A stretch of 63,726 bases of DNA, filler included. It is 3 parts of 3 records of this genome, joined end to end, with 100 filler letters (N's around TTAATTAATTAA, not from the genome) between each part and the next. Parts side by side here need not be neighbours in the genome. Positions count along the whole stretch, not along the records: positions 1 to 22,045 come from SRR20825019_837; positions 22,146 to 47,071 come from SRR20825019_843; 1 more part is not named here. One strand, given 5' to 3'. This document shows, one piece after another, positions 19,773-31,743 of this stretch. The notes beneath the pieces were generated by a model, which was given only the letters and a program-made list of their open reading frames with translations, was not told the origin of the DNA and made no database searches. The position numbers and the translations under genes are program-made. Each line of letters opens with the position of its first letter. The first letter of the stretch is position 1.

Positions 19773-20303
19773 ATGGTCATTTACAAACAAGCGGACTCTT
19801 TGAAGGAACTGGAACAGATTCTAGAACTTCAGCAGCGAAATTTACCCAAAACCATAAGCGAAGACGAAAGCGCAAAAGAGGGTTTCGTGACCGTGGAACA
19901 CACCCTGAACCTACTAAAATCCATGAACGATGTGTGTGGACACATCATTGCAGTGGATGATGGTCAAGTTGTGGGCTATGCCCTGTGCATGCATCCCCAA
20001 TTTGCCAACGATATTGAGGTACTTCGCCCTATGTTCCAAGAAATCGATAAAACTATTAAAGGGCAGGTCAACTATATGGCCATGGGACAAATTTGCGTGG
20101 CCAAAAGCCATCGGGGGCAAGGTGTTTTCCGAAAATTGTATCAAACCATGCAAGAGAAACTGCCCGAGGGTTTTGATACCATTATCACTGAAGTGGATGG
20201 GAAAAACAAACGGTCTTTGGCGGCACATACGGCGATTGGGTTCCAAGAATTAAAGAGATACTATGCCTTGGATAAAGAGTGGGTCATTATCATTTTACAG
20301 TAA
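19773..20303 (+). CDS. GNAT family acetyltransferase
   Basis: Motif A GQICVAKSHRGQGVF, N.RSL.AH..IGF. Confidence 0.88.
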   Translation: MVIYKQADSLKELEQILELQQRNLPKTISEDESAKEGFVTVEHTLNLLKSMNDVCGHIIAVDDGQVVGYALCMHPQFANDIEVLRPMFQEIDKTIKGQVNYMAMGQICVAKSHRGQGVFRKLYQTMQEKLPEGFDTIITEVDGKNKRSLAAHTAIGFQELKRYYALDKEWVIIILQ

Positions 20304-20306
20304 ACA

Positions 20307-20355
20307 TTATTGTTTTTCGATAATTAAACGTATATTTGTTATCGTTAAACGATAA
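20307..20355. promoter_or_regulatory. Promoter flanked by two palindromic operators
   Basis: TTATTG-N5-CGATAA (20307-20323), -7 element TATATTTG (20331-20338), TTATCG-N5-CGATAA (20339-20355). Confidence 0.7.
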
Positions 20356-20359
20356 TTCT

Positions 20360-20899
20360 ATGAAAAAATCAATTACCTATTTAAAGTACATCGTTAACTT
20401 TTTGCTAATTGCTCTAGCGCTGGACATTATATCAAAGGGATTAAAGTTTCCGTTGATTATTTTGTCCACCTTCGATTTGATACATGAAAACCCTACCACA
20501 GATTTCAGTAGTACTGACACTGTCCTACTGACTATCAATTTCATCTTGTTGATTTATATGGGCTGGTTACTTTTGAAGCTCAGAAAAACAGTTTATGGTT
20601 CTGAATCAAAATCACTCTTTTCAAAAGAAAATAAATCTATTTTTAAAAAAGTTGGTGTGGGTATCATATACTACTCCATCGCTATTTTTATAATCAGGGC
20701 ACTGGAACTTTACTCTGATGAGATAGGAATTAACGATGATTCAAGCGCATACAGTTTTGGCTACAATTTAGGGTACCATTTAGGGGAGCTTATCGGGAGT
20801 AGAATACCTCTTCTGGTAATAGGGATATTTATTTTGATTTTAGCAGACCTCATTCAAGATGGCTACGAAATAAAACAAGAAAACGACCTTACTATCTAA
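20360..20899 (+). CDS. DUF2975-like membrane protein
   Basis: Four TM segments, C-terminal G.EIKQENDLTI signature, followed by a YozG-like HTH gene. ATG 20360 preferred because TTG 20336 lies inside the promoter element. Confidence 0.85.
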   Translation: MKKSITYLKYIVNFLLIALALDIISKGLKFPLIILSTFDLIHENPTTDFSSTDTVLLTINFILLIYMGWLLLKLRKTVYGSESKSLFSKENKSIFKKVGVGIIYYSIAIFIIRALELYSDEIGINDDSSAYSFGYNLGYHLGELIGSRIPLLVIGIFILILADLIQDGYEIKQENDLTI

Positions 20900-20901
20900 A
20901 C

Positions 20902-21111
20902 ATGGCTATTTTAATCAACTTGGATGTCATACTTGCGAAACGTGAGATGAAAAGCAATGAACTCGCAGAGAAAATCGGTATTACAACAGCCAATTTATCC
21001 ATACTGAAAACAGGAAAAGCCAAAGCAATTCGATTTTCAACTTTAGAGGCCATTTGTGAAGCCTTGGATTGTCAACCTGGCGACATATTGGAATACTCGG
21101 AAGAAAACTAA
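20902..21111 (+). CDS. Cro/C1-type HTH transcriptional regulator (YozG-like)
   Basis: ELAEKIGITTANLSILKTGKAKAIRFSTLEAICEALDCQPGDILEY. Confidence 0.95.
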   Translation: MAILINLDVILAKREMKSNELAEKIGITTANLSILKTGKAKAIRFSTLEAICEALDCQPGDILEYSEEN

Positions 21112-21141
21112 AAAAAGCCGCTCTATTGGAGCGGCTTTTTT
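21110..21141. terminator. Bidirectional intrinsic terminator between convergent genes
   Basis: AAAAAAAGCCGCTC-tattg-GAGCGGCTTTTTT. Confidence 0.88.
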
Positions 21142-21165
21142 ATTGTGAATCGATTCTCATTTACC

Positions 21166-21444
21166 CTAGTCGGCCAAAACAATCACTTTGTTGTCTTTCA
21201 TTTCGACCGTGCCACTTGAAATGTTCAAGATAGTTTCTCCATTGTTTCCTTTGGAAAATTTATCCGCAAAGGCTTCGTCAATGGTGATATTACCTTTCAC
21301 TTTTACTTTTCCAGCCTGTAAAAGAGACACGATTGCTGCGTGGTTCTCCAGCATCTGGAATTCCCCATCCATTCCGGGTACGGTAACCGAGGTTACCTCG
21401 CCTGAGAATAAAGTAGCTTCGGGTGATACTATTTCTAAATACAT
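21166..21444 (-). CDS. atpC: F1 ATP synthase epsilon subunit, short Bacteroidetes form
   Basis: LEIVSPE, VTVPG.DGEFQMLENHA. Downstream of atpD. Confidence 0.93.
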   Translation of the reverse strand: MYLEIVSPEATLFSGEVTSVTVPGMDGEFQMLENHAAIVSLLQAGKVKVKGNITIDEAFADKFSKGNNGETILNISSGTVEMKDNKVIVLAD

Positions 21445-21451
21445 GTTTCTT

Positions 21452-21514
21452 AGTATTGAGATGTGAGGTATAAGTATTGAGATATCTAAATACTCAATAC
21501 TTATATCTCAATTC
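21452..21514. repeat. Degenerate 7-mer tandem array forming an inverted repeat
   Basis: AGTATTG AGATGTG AGGTATA AGTATTG AGATATC TAAATAC TCAATAC TTATATC TCAATTC. 21464-21481 pairs with 21493-21510 with one mismatch. Confidence 0.75.
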
Positions 21515-21520
21515 TTTGTT

Positions 21521-22045
<525 letters not shown>

Positions 22046-22145
22046 NNNNNNNNNNNNNNNNNNNNNNNNNNNNNNNNNNNNNNNNNNNNTTAATTAATTA
22101 ANNNNNNNNNNNNNNNNNNNNNNNNNNNNNNNNNNNNNNNNNNNN
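22046..22145. other. Artificial contig-joining spacer
   Basis: N-run, TTAATTAATTAA (stops in all six frames), N-run. Composition and gene style change across it. Confidence 0.98.
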
Positions 22146-22706
22146 AAAAAAAAAAAAAAAAAAAAAAAGATCAGCTCGTGTTTTGATCTGAGGAGGCACT
22201 TCTGAAAACGAACCTTCGTGGGTGTCGAAGGGCCAATGCTCGAGTTTGTTTTGCCATCCACCACCGGTCGCAGGTCCTCCAGACCAACTATATCCGCAAC
22301 ACTTGTCGCACTGTTTACGCCGTCTGTGCCCTCGTCTTCCAGCCCTAGCTGAAGATAAGGGATGGTCACCCGGCCTTCGTTTTGGGTTGTCACGGGATCG
22401 TTGGGACTTCCTGGGTCTTCCCCGTCGCCGCCCAACCATGTATCACTCTTATTCAATCGGAACATTAACTTCTGTTCGCAGAAGAGTCAGCATCAAGCGT
22501 CGCCTCACTCGTTGCAACCGTACCTTTGACGACGGGCGGCGGAGAGTGGAGGAGTCAAACTGTGTCAACACGGGTGCCGAAGACTCCCTCTCTCCATCGC
22601 TGTCTGAGTCGCTCTCGTCTGGCTTCGGAGGCTTGTGCACATTGGCATGGTCGAGTTTCCGGACCACTATCCTTTGCACGTTCACCTTACTCTTGCCCGA
22701 GCCCAT
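22146..22706 (-). CDS. Eukaryotic spliced gene of unknown function, 3' truncated, possible N-myristoylation
   Basis: MGSGKSKVNV...RRPSSK, then an intron (gtacgg...gctgac...aacag), then KLMFRLNKSDTWLGG. Runs into a further intron and poly-T at the contig end. Confidence 0.55.
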
Positions 22707-24204
22707 GGCCAGGCAGTGGTATCAGCTCTTAGAGTGCAGTCCTTATCGCGGGCTTGCAGGCGGCATCATGTCTCCTTGTAGTAAAACCAACAGCCACCCT
22801 GAACCCTCGACAACCTGTCTATACAAAGGAGCGAGATGCGATCATATATCCAAGTTGCACACCAATGTGTTTTTTCCCATACGGTTCAAGCCTAACTGAC
22901 GGCAGTTGTAGTCAGCATCCACCCGCACTAAGGCACAAAGTGAGATTGGGTCACCCTTCCTAACCGAAATGTGAACCTTAGACCCCCGTCCCCCCACCCG
23001 CTCGCACGAGTTTAGTTTGAGACGTCTGAGAAACTAACTCCTTCGCGCGGAACTCCTTCGTGGGGTGGGCAGCTTAGATCCCAGTCCCGCTTCCGGGCGC
23101 ACTCACTTGTCGTCTTGCGGGCTGCCTTGCCTTTCCCTCTCACCCGGTCCGATTCTCCTCGAGGCCCGCTGACGACTGGGCAACAAGCCTAGAGTAGAGG
23201 TGTGAGTCGAACGGTCAAGGACATCAACGAGACCACCTCTTGAGTCGGCCCAGGAGTCATCGGACGAGGCGTGGCCCGTCGGGGCGGCAGTCCTCCGAAC
23301 CCACTCTGACGGCTGGGACCGTCCGCTGTCGGGCGGCGGCGTGCCGGGGAGCCCGGCCGGCAGGGCCCGGCGCCCGACTGTCGGACCCTATGACGGGCGG
23401 GATCGTCTCGTCCACCGCCAAGTACTCTGTCTGTCTGCGTGCTGACCAGGAGGCCAAGCCTTGTCCGGATCCGGAGCAGTCGTGGCATGGTCAAGCCCGG
23501 CACTGCCCGCCGTAGCAGAACCCCCCCGGCCGCCCGAGTACCTCCCTCTGGCCACATGACTGGGAGGCATTGAGTACCCCTCTCGTGAGAGGATTGAAAC
23601 GGAAAAGGGGAACCACCCTCAACACTCAATGTTCGTAATATATAGAATATTCGTTATATGATTGGGCACTGGACAAGACGTCTTGTGACGTGGTGATCAA
23701 GGTTAGTCCGTCCTCGGTAGTGCGCCTCATGCTCCTTGCCGAGAAGCGCGCACGCCGGGCCGGATTCGAATGGCCATGAGCCCGGTCTCGATACGGCCGC
23801 CGAGCCGGCCCCCGGACACCATGATGGCGCCGCAGTCAGCACTCACTCCCGCACCCCCCCCCCCCTGCGGAACCGGGCAGGAAGTGAGTATTATGCTCTC
23901 CGGACGATGAGCAGAGTCAACCTCCAATGAATAGGCCACCGGGCGCCACGTCACTGGACCGGGCAACAAGAGTACCTCAGGTTGCGCCCTTGCCGGATGC
24001 GTGCCATGGAACTACGTGTGGGCCAGTGTGTGGGCTAGCCCTTGCTCAACAAAATTGCCAGGCTGGGGACAGTCATCGTTTCGCTCCTCAGTTGCTCCGC
24101 GATGTCTCCTGGAGTTAAGAGCGATTCCAAAGAAAGATAAAGATATATTGCCGCTCATCAGATGTGTACCCGTTGTATACTAACTGACCGAAATCAATAC
24201 TATT

Positions 24205-25658
24205 ATGGGAGTTATTCAAGACTTTCTTTCAAACATACCAGTGTCAGAGTTCCCTGCGCCAGCGCACATGGTGACACTGCAGGACGACGCCTCTCTCCTA
24301 CTTGCCCTCCGCACACTTGTTCATGCAAATATTCTATCTGCCCCGGTGCTTCGGCAGGAAACCTGCATTGGATTTGTTGATATGGTGGATATCGTGGCGG
24401 AAGTATGTGAGGTCTACGAGTCGAAGAAGCTTTTTGGAGACTTCTACGTGAGTTTGAAACGCCTACTCTCTCTGTGCGTCAGTTTGATTTACTTGTGAAT
24501 GCGGCAGGGTGCTCTCATGAATGAAGAGATCCTTGGAGCAAAAACGATTGGCGAAGTTATCGATAAGTCGAACAGAAACCCATACAAACCCGTGAAGGAG
24601 AGCTCGTGAGTGCACAAGGCATAGGTGCACGTGGTCTGGCGGGCTAACAGTGATATGCGCAATAGGTCACTCCTGCAAGTGGTTATGGAGATGGCAAACG
24701 AAGGCGTGAGGCGAGTGCCTATTGTGAGCGATAGTAATGTGAGTGGAGTTCACTCGACCTTCTGCTTTGCTCGTAGCTAACTGCGGTGACCTTGCAGAGA
24801 ATTCTCAACGTGATCACACAGTCGGCTGTCATCGACTTTTTGTCGAAGAACACCGACAAGTTCTCCGGTGTGAAGGACCTCACCCTTAGCGAGATGAACA
24901 TCCGTGAGTGCCCCGTGCTGGCTGCCACGATGGTGCTGATCCTTTTCGCAGGATACAAAAAGAAAGTTTCACATGTCTACACGAGCACAAAGGTCATTGC
25001 TGCCTTCCAACTTATGGTGTTCCACGGCATCAGCTCGGTGGCTGTGTTTGATGATGACGATGACAAATTATTAACGAATATCTCTGTGCGGGATCTTAGG
25101 GTATGTGTATCCCGGATGATGCGACGGGATAGGGTTAGGCCGGGGTCGTAGCACTGTGTTTAATGATATAGGTGGAAGTATTCTTTGCTATTAGCTGTAC
25201 GTTTTGAGCGGCATAGATATGTGTGTTAGTTAGGGTGCACTCGAATTTGTAGGATGGCCCGAAAGCAGGGGGCTGGTCGCAGGGTGGAGTGATCGTAGAT
25301 ATTGTTTTGTTTTCTTTTTTTCTAACTTCAGAGTGAAACAGCTCTTGTTGGGCAGTGAATCCGCATTACGTTGCACAGACCTGTACATCAACTGTGGCGA
25401 CTTCGTCTCCAAGGTTCGCCAGGAGGTAAAAGTGACTACCAAACACCCGGCAATATCATGCCAAGAGAACTGCACTTTCGAGCAGGTGAATGTGCCCGGT
25501 ATTCAGGCGTTGTCTTACCGTACTCACGTCCGCTCCAGCTCCTGAAGAAGCTTCACGCAGCGCGTATCCATCACATGTTTGTACAATCTGAGGAAGATAT
25601 GAGGCTCGTGGGAATAGTGTCAACTATGGACATTGTACGCCCTCTTGTCTCCCACTAA
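24205..25658 (+). CDS. Eukaryotic CBS-domain protein (AMPK-gamma/Sds23-like, four CBS repeats), spliced
   Basis: Exons give ILSAPV...IGFVDMVDI, VRRVPIV...ILNVITQSAV, ISSVAVF...NISVRDLR, IHHMFV...VGIVSTMDIV, joined by GT-AG introns. Confidence 0.85.
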
Positions 25659-25715
25659 TGCGCGCGAATGTACATCTGAACTGATCAATGAACCCAATTT
25701 TTCCCTTGTTTCATT

Positions 25716-27822
25716 TTACTGGCCGGAGCCTTGGATGGATCCCTTGAGTTTCAAGGGGCGTTTCTTTCGGCGTTTCTTTGGTGCCCGTTTGCCACCGAAC
25801 ATCGTGTTCACCACCTGTGCAATGTCATCGGCCCATGAGGCCCACTTCATATAGGGCTGTATGTTGCGAATAGGTTGGCGGAACTCTATGACCATTTCAA
25901 GCGCCTTGGGGCGGATCTGGTGCGAACGTCAGCTTTTCAAGTATAGGACAAAACGCAGCACTCAGCCTGACCTGAATACCCAACTGGCTCATCGAGCCGT
26001 GATAAAGTTTCAGCTTATCATGAGGCCGAACCGGATCCACCAAACCCGCCAGCCATTCCTCGATAGAGACACCCTGTCACTGTGTCAGATCCTCAACATG
26101 ACGCAAGGCAATTATCTCACATCCTCATGAGTTCCCAATGCTTCATCAGTTGGCCGCTCGCCCACTCCAATTCGGCGATCGCGCAACATATCCCTCTTCA
26201 CACCGGCAACCTTGGCGATATCATCTAAGAATTTTTCCTTGTCATCCAAAGCCAATCCATTCGGGTTTTTCTGCAGGCCAACTATGAGCTCCAAATTCAA
26301 CACAAATCATGTTTCGGAGAGACCACATACCTCAATCTCACGCAACTTCCGCACTGCATTCAGAACGGCGACAAAATTGCTACGGCACATGAAGAAAATG
26401 ATGCCATTTTTAGGATTTCCGATCATATTCGGCTTGCCTCCTATAGTGACACCCTTGTACAGCCATTGGGTTATCATATACTACACGTTAATGGAGTCAG
26501 CACGAGAGACTCAGACAAAACGATGGGCAGAGGCCAGCCGGGAACTCACCGAAATGAACAAGGCCACTGACTTGTCACCCCTTGACCAGTCACGCATATA
26601 TTGTTCGGCCTGTTCATTGTCAACGACAGAGGCGGGCATCACCGACTTTGACAGCATTTTCACGGCGCGCTTATCCGTGAAGAAATCATAAACCATTTCG
26701 ATTGGTATACTGGTAGTAAACTGCATAGACGCCGACGGTATTTTTACGTCATCGCGCGTCAGAGTCTGGCCGTCAATACAAGCCGTTTCAAAATCCTTGC
26801 TGCTCAATTCCAACCATGGCACTGAGATAAAGTACCCGGGCTTCCAACCAGGCCCAAGTTGCTCAGACTTAAACGTTACCAAGTCCTGTCGCCGCAGTCA
26901 GCAAGCTATTGCGAGCGTTAAACCTTCAGATAAATACCAAGATCTCCTGCACAAGCTCCTCGGTTGCCCATCCATTCCCCTTGTGTGCGTCCAACATTGC
27001 GTCCAACATGCCATTACGCAAAGTTTGTCCAAATACTAAGCGCCCGTTCTTCTCCAAGAAGTTGCACCAGGTAAGTTTAAGGGCACCTGGCGAAGAGCTG
27101 CGAAGAAAAGTTGCTCTGTTAAACCGCGGTAAGTGTACCAAAATGGAGAAGACTTACGAACGAATAAGTTGCGCTTGCCCACGTTGATAATAATCAAGCA
27201 TGAACTTCTTGAACAAAGATATCTCTCCATCATGTTCCTCCTCAAATCTCCTGCGTGCCTCCTCATATTTGTCGAAGCTAAGTTCGCCAATTTTACTGAT
27301 AGGGCCACCTGGACGTGTCTTTTGCTCAAACATGCGCTCGTAGTATTGGCTTGCTTTGCGAACCTCTACAGGAACACGCTGCACAAACTCAAAGTCAAAG
27401 AACTTGAGACGGAATGGGATGTCGAGATCAGGTTCCGTCGTCCGCCGAGTCATCTCCCATTCCTCAAACTGGTGCGTCGAGTCAAGCTCCATAACATCAC
27501 TTGAATGGAAGTCCTTGGCCCACATAACGTCATGTTTCTTCGATGTGCTCTCGTTGTCTCTGAAGTCATCTTGAAACAGAACTAGCGGGGTCTCCGCCTC
27601 GAATCCAAAACTAGGGGAGTTTGCTTTCAACTTGATGTTCCCAATCTCTGGGGCTGGATCGGGCATATCCGCCTTCATGAAATTCGTCTCCTCGGGTGGA
27701 ATCAATGGCTTGAAGCGAGGAGTTGCTGGTTTCATACCCGCCTCAACCACCACACTGCACACCAGTATACCCACAACAGCCCATGACAGGCGGGACCCTT
27801 GTCCCCTCCCCCCCAAGGCCAT
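25716..27822 (-). CDS. Eukaryotic spliced gene, secreted or membrane-anchored protein of unknown function
   Basis: ATG 27822 MALGG...WAVVGILVCSVVVEA (signal-like). Successive ORF pieces are separated by short introns. Last exon IRPKALEMVIEFRQP...GSGQ ends at TAA 25716. Confidence 0.65.
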
Positions 27823-29223
27823 TCTTGTTACAAGAAAGCCAGACACGTTTCCTCCTGATATACAATGACTGCACCCACCAGCAGCCGGGTCTTCTTGGAT
27901 CGTCGAATGTGGCATGCGTCGGCACGACTGGCGGTCCTGGCGTGTGGGGGCTTCCGCTCCGACGACACCCGCGGCCGGTGACTCAGGGAACCACCAGGCT
28001 GACCCTGAGCCGGTCCGACCGGACCCCCCCGTGCTTGCCGTCCCCAGTCCGGCGGCCGCACTGCCTCCTGATCGGGCCCAAGAGTGCGCACGGGCCGCCG
28101 GGGCGTCGCACCCGCTCAAGGGCGACGACGGCCGCTTCGAGTTCGAACCTACGCATGTCCATATTTTGCACTCAATGATAATTATATAAAACTTTACGGT
28201 TATGAGTTAATTAGAGAAAGGGTGTTCTAGCTAGCTAGTGTCAGCCTGATACGGTAGGGACCGGACCGCACTTCAACAGGAGGGCCGGGTCACCCTCGGC
28301 TGGTTGACTGGGGCCATGCCGGCCGGTCCGCTGGACTGACGGGGTCCCGGGCAGGGCCGGCCCCCCAACAGCGAAGCTCGATCGGAACTCAAGGGGCGTC
28401 TTGTGCGAGTGCCGCCACCCAGTGCGGGCCGGGCCGGGCCAGTCCAGGGCCGCCCGGCACGGGGCCGGCTCGGGTGAGTCCGGCGGCCCTGGCTCACCGC
28501 GCCCCGGCCCGACGGTGTGGCCGCCGGCGCCGGGTCACGGGCCGGCCGCCCGGACGGGCCGGCGGTGACTCCGGCCGGCCTGACCGTATCGGAGCCGAGT
28601 CCACCGAGGCCGTCACTGCCGGCCCCCGGCCCGCACTGACTGATGCATGCAATTCCGGCCGGACGTTCACGGCCCACGACGCATGATGCGGTTGGGGTGA
28701 TACAACAGCCCAACCGCCACTCACTTGACAGCGAGTCCGCCACACTGATCGGTGGGGCCGCCGAGGGTGGTAGTGAATTGGATCAGTCCATATAAATGGT
28801 TCACTGAGAGGCAGTGCTCACGTCCATTCTCTCTGCCGGTGTTGGAAGCTGTGCTATCGCGCTTCGGAGCCGTGGGTAGCGCAAGCAAGAACCCTGGGGG
28901 CTCTTGTTTGAAATATGTTTACTAGTGTCCTGCTCAAACTAGGGCAAGATGTGGACACCTTTTCCACCAACCACTGGTGGGTCTTGGTGAGTCTGTGTGT
29001 CTGGCAAATATCCCAGTGGTATGTAGTCCTCACTCCTGGACTCTCCCAAAGTTGATCATAGGCCTGGTGGGGTGCTGCATATGTGGATTTGGGATCTTGT
29101 GCCAGTGTAATGTCATGATATGTACGCACACCATGCTGTGCTGCTGCTGTTTGCCAATGCGACTGTAAGTTGATTCTTGGTGAATTTATTGCGACACTCA
29201 AAGCATCAACCAAACCTCAACCC

Positions 29224-31453
29224 ATGTCACCAATATTACACGCACCCCAACATCTCCATGTCTATGAGTGTGCTTCCGCGCTATACTTATGGCCTGACAT
29301 GACACCAGACGCCCACGTTGGGCCCGGAAGCGACGGAAGGCCTTTGCCCAGCAGTTGGCTTGCACAGAGGAAGAAGAGCAAATACAACTGGTTGACACGC
29401 GGCGACTGAAGGTGGGCCCTCGAACCTGAGCAGCAGAAATTGTGACGGTGGCTGAGGCTTTTTCTGCAGGCAGCAGAGACTGTGGAAAAACTTAGACAAC
29501 AGCTAGAGGAGGCGGAGGCCTTATACCAAGTCAACACCGAAATATTCGGACTTCTCACGGTACGTACCTTGCCCACAGTGTTCGGACGAGTGCTACTGCA
29601 GATCCGTTGTTATTTGAGGAGTCTGCAGTGCTTACGCTGTGTCAGGCCCGATCTATTACTGGAGTCAAGTTGGACTTTGAAGAGATAGACACGATGGTGC
29701 GGGAGAAACTCTACGAGGCCGAGGAAAAAATGCTGGAGAAGGAAGGTATGATCGCCTTGCCTCGTCAACTTGACGCTGAACGCGCGTGTTTCGGTTGGAT
29801 GCCAATTGCAATATGAAATATTCACTGCATGTTCCTTGCAGAAAAGACCAGATTGGCCGGCTATAAGGATCTTGAGAATGTCCAGAAGGATGCTCTTGAT
29901 GCGACAAAGAAGTATGTTGGCCAACTGACGGCCCGGGGTGATCTCCCTAAGGATCCGAACTGTAAGTTGCTCGGTAGCTTCTATTTAATATTCGATGAAC
30001 ACGTCGTGGGTCGGATGGATGCCTGAGTTTTTTATCTTGGTGGGGATGGATTGAGTATCAAACGGAAGAGAATGGTTTGGCGTTGCGTGAATATGAAGAT
30101 GATCGTGTTTCTGCGGTACCTTTGACTGATTTTAGATGTATCTAAAGTGGAAGAGAAGGAGAATCTTCTCGGCGAGAACGGCTCGCCGCTGACCAAACGA
30201 TCGTCAGCTGTCAAGAGTGTCATATCAACCCTCCTAGGACGGAAACAGAACTGCAATATCATCGATGCTGATGGCAATGTGGTGCGTATGGGATTGTGCA
30301 TTTCTTGGCTTGGTTCCGACTGATCATTGCTGTTTTAGATCAAGGGCGGGGCAAGTACGGGATTGGTGGCACCGGCACCAGGGCCGTCTCTGTTTTCCGA
30401 TGACGAGGAAGCTCAACCAGGATTCCTGGATCGTATCAGCGGGAGCAACATGGTGACATCAGTGACTGTTTGATGACTTGTTTACAGATGCTGATTCGGT
30501 CACCGGTGTTGTAGATTGTGCCGCTTGGAGCAAACGGTTTGCCAATCAATCCGAAAGATCCACAGGACGCGAATATGTTCTTTGGCAATACACCGGACGG
30601 CGGGGGGGCTCCGCAGACCTCTGCACGGAAGAAGGGTAGGTGGAACCGCGTTACGCGGGTTTGTGGTGATCGCTAACTGATGTGTATCGCAGGTATTATC
30701 AGCACCCTCGCAGATCGCCTCACTGGACGCAGCACTGCAGATATTAAGATTGCACCCGGTCCGGTGGAAATGGAGGAAGGTGCATCTGGAGGCGAAAAAG
30801 CTGTGTCATTTGGGAAGAATGTAGGTTTCGATCTATTGAAATGTTTCGTCACATTCACATGCTCTGGTTTTAGACAATGATTCTGCCAAAGCCCGACTCA
30901 GTTTCGGCAGCGCCGGCGTTACCCGTGGTAATGCGGAATATTAGTTCCGACAGCGACGACGCAGAGACTCCAGTGAAGACACAATCAAGGCGTAGGAAGG
31001 AGAGGTCAGGGGGGCCGCCTTTGGGAACTGGAATGACATCAGTATGTAATCGGTCATGTCAATTTCCGCGATGTATGTTGAGCTTTTGTGCAGGACACAC
31101 CCGCCGTTCCGTTCCTGCCCTTGGCTGATGACAACCAGATCCTTGCGCGGATGGAAGAGGCCAAAGCAAAGAAGGAGGCGCAAGGGGGTATGTTGTACCA
31201 GCTGCATTCTTGTGTTCAGAGATGTTGATCGATAACGCATCTGCGTGTATCAGGGCTGCCGGTATCAGAAGAATTCGCCAGCAAGATCTCCAAAAAGTCT
31301 AAAAAGAAATCTGCCAAGAAGTCGAAGGGCGTAGTAATGAAAGAGGAAGATGACGACGAAGCTCTTGTAGGCATCAAGCTCCCGAGCATCCCGAAATTAG
31401 ACTTTGCCCGAGTCAATGCCATGGGCATGGGTGGCCGCATGCCATTCAACTGA
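29224..31453 (+). CDS. Eukaryotic multi-exon gene, coiled-coil and low-complexity protein of unknown function
   Basis: Spliced pieces RWARKRRKAFAQQL, VEKLRQQLEEAEALYQ, VREKLYEAEEKMLE, KKSKKKSAKKSK, ending GGRMPFN-TGA. Start and internal exons are tentative. Confidence 0.55.
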
Positions 31454-31743
31454 TGTTGATAAACACCATAGAATCCCAGGTAGGTCCAGAGAGGAAGTGC
31501 CGATATTGAGGCACTAACTGGTTTTGCTGGTTAGCATGTCGATCTGACTATATTCAAAACATTATACACGTTCGAGACAGTATCAAGAGCCCAACAATCC
31601 CAGTGCTAACACCAGCCGCCATTGCCATCATAAGATTCAATTTCGCAAGCACGTACGACAAGCAACATCAATCTTCAACCGCCCACCTGCACACCGCTGA
31701 ATATTCCGCAAGATTCAATGTAAAGTAACATACACCAATTCCT

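Noticed and set aside
21166-21444. atpC as a truncated pseudogene
   Set aside because: An epsilon subunit without the C-terminal helices is the normal Bacteroidetes form, and the ORF is intact with a terminator.
22090-22101. TTAATTAATTAA palindrome as a biological site (also at 47116-47127)
   Set aside because: It is embedded in N-runs and identical at both junctions, so it is a six-frame-stop linker.
22146-22168. Poly-A run as a retro-element tail or mRNA end
   Set aside because: It sits at the contig edge and reads as a poly-T tract inside a probable minus-strand intron. No target-site duplication or element is visible.
23189-23969. Arg/Pro/Gly/Ala-rich ORFs in the GC blocks (also 27900-28750 and 34880-35980)
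   Set aside because: They overlap in several frames, have no recognisable motifs and follow from high GC. Most likely non-coding promoter DNA.
28926-29168. Small Cys-rich ORF (GCCICGFGILCQC...LCCCCLPMRL)
   Set aside because: I could not build a consistent start and splice model. It could be a small gene or 5' UTR, so it is left uncalled.
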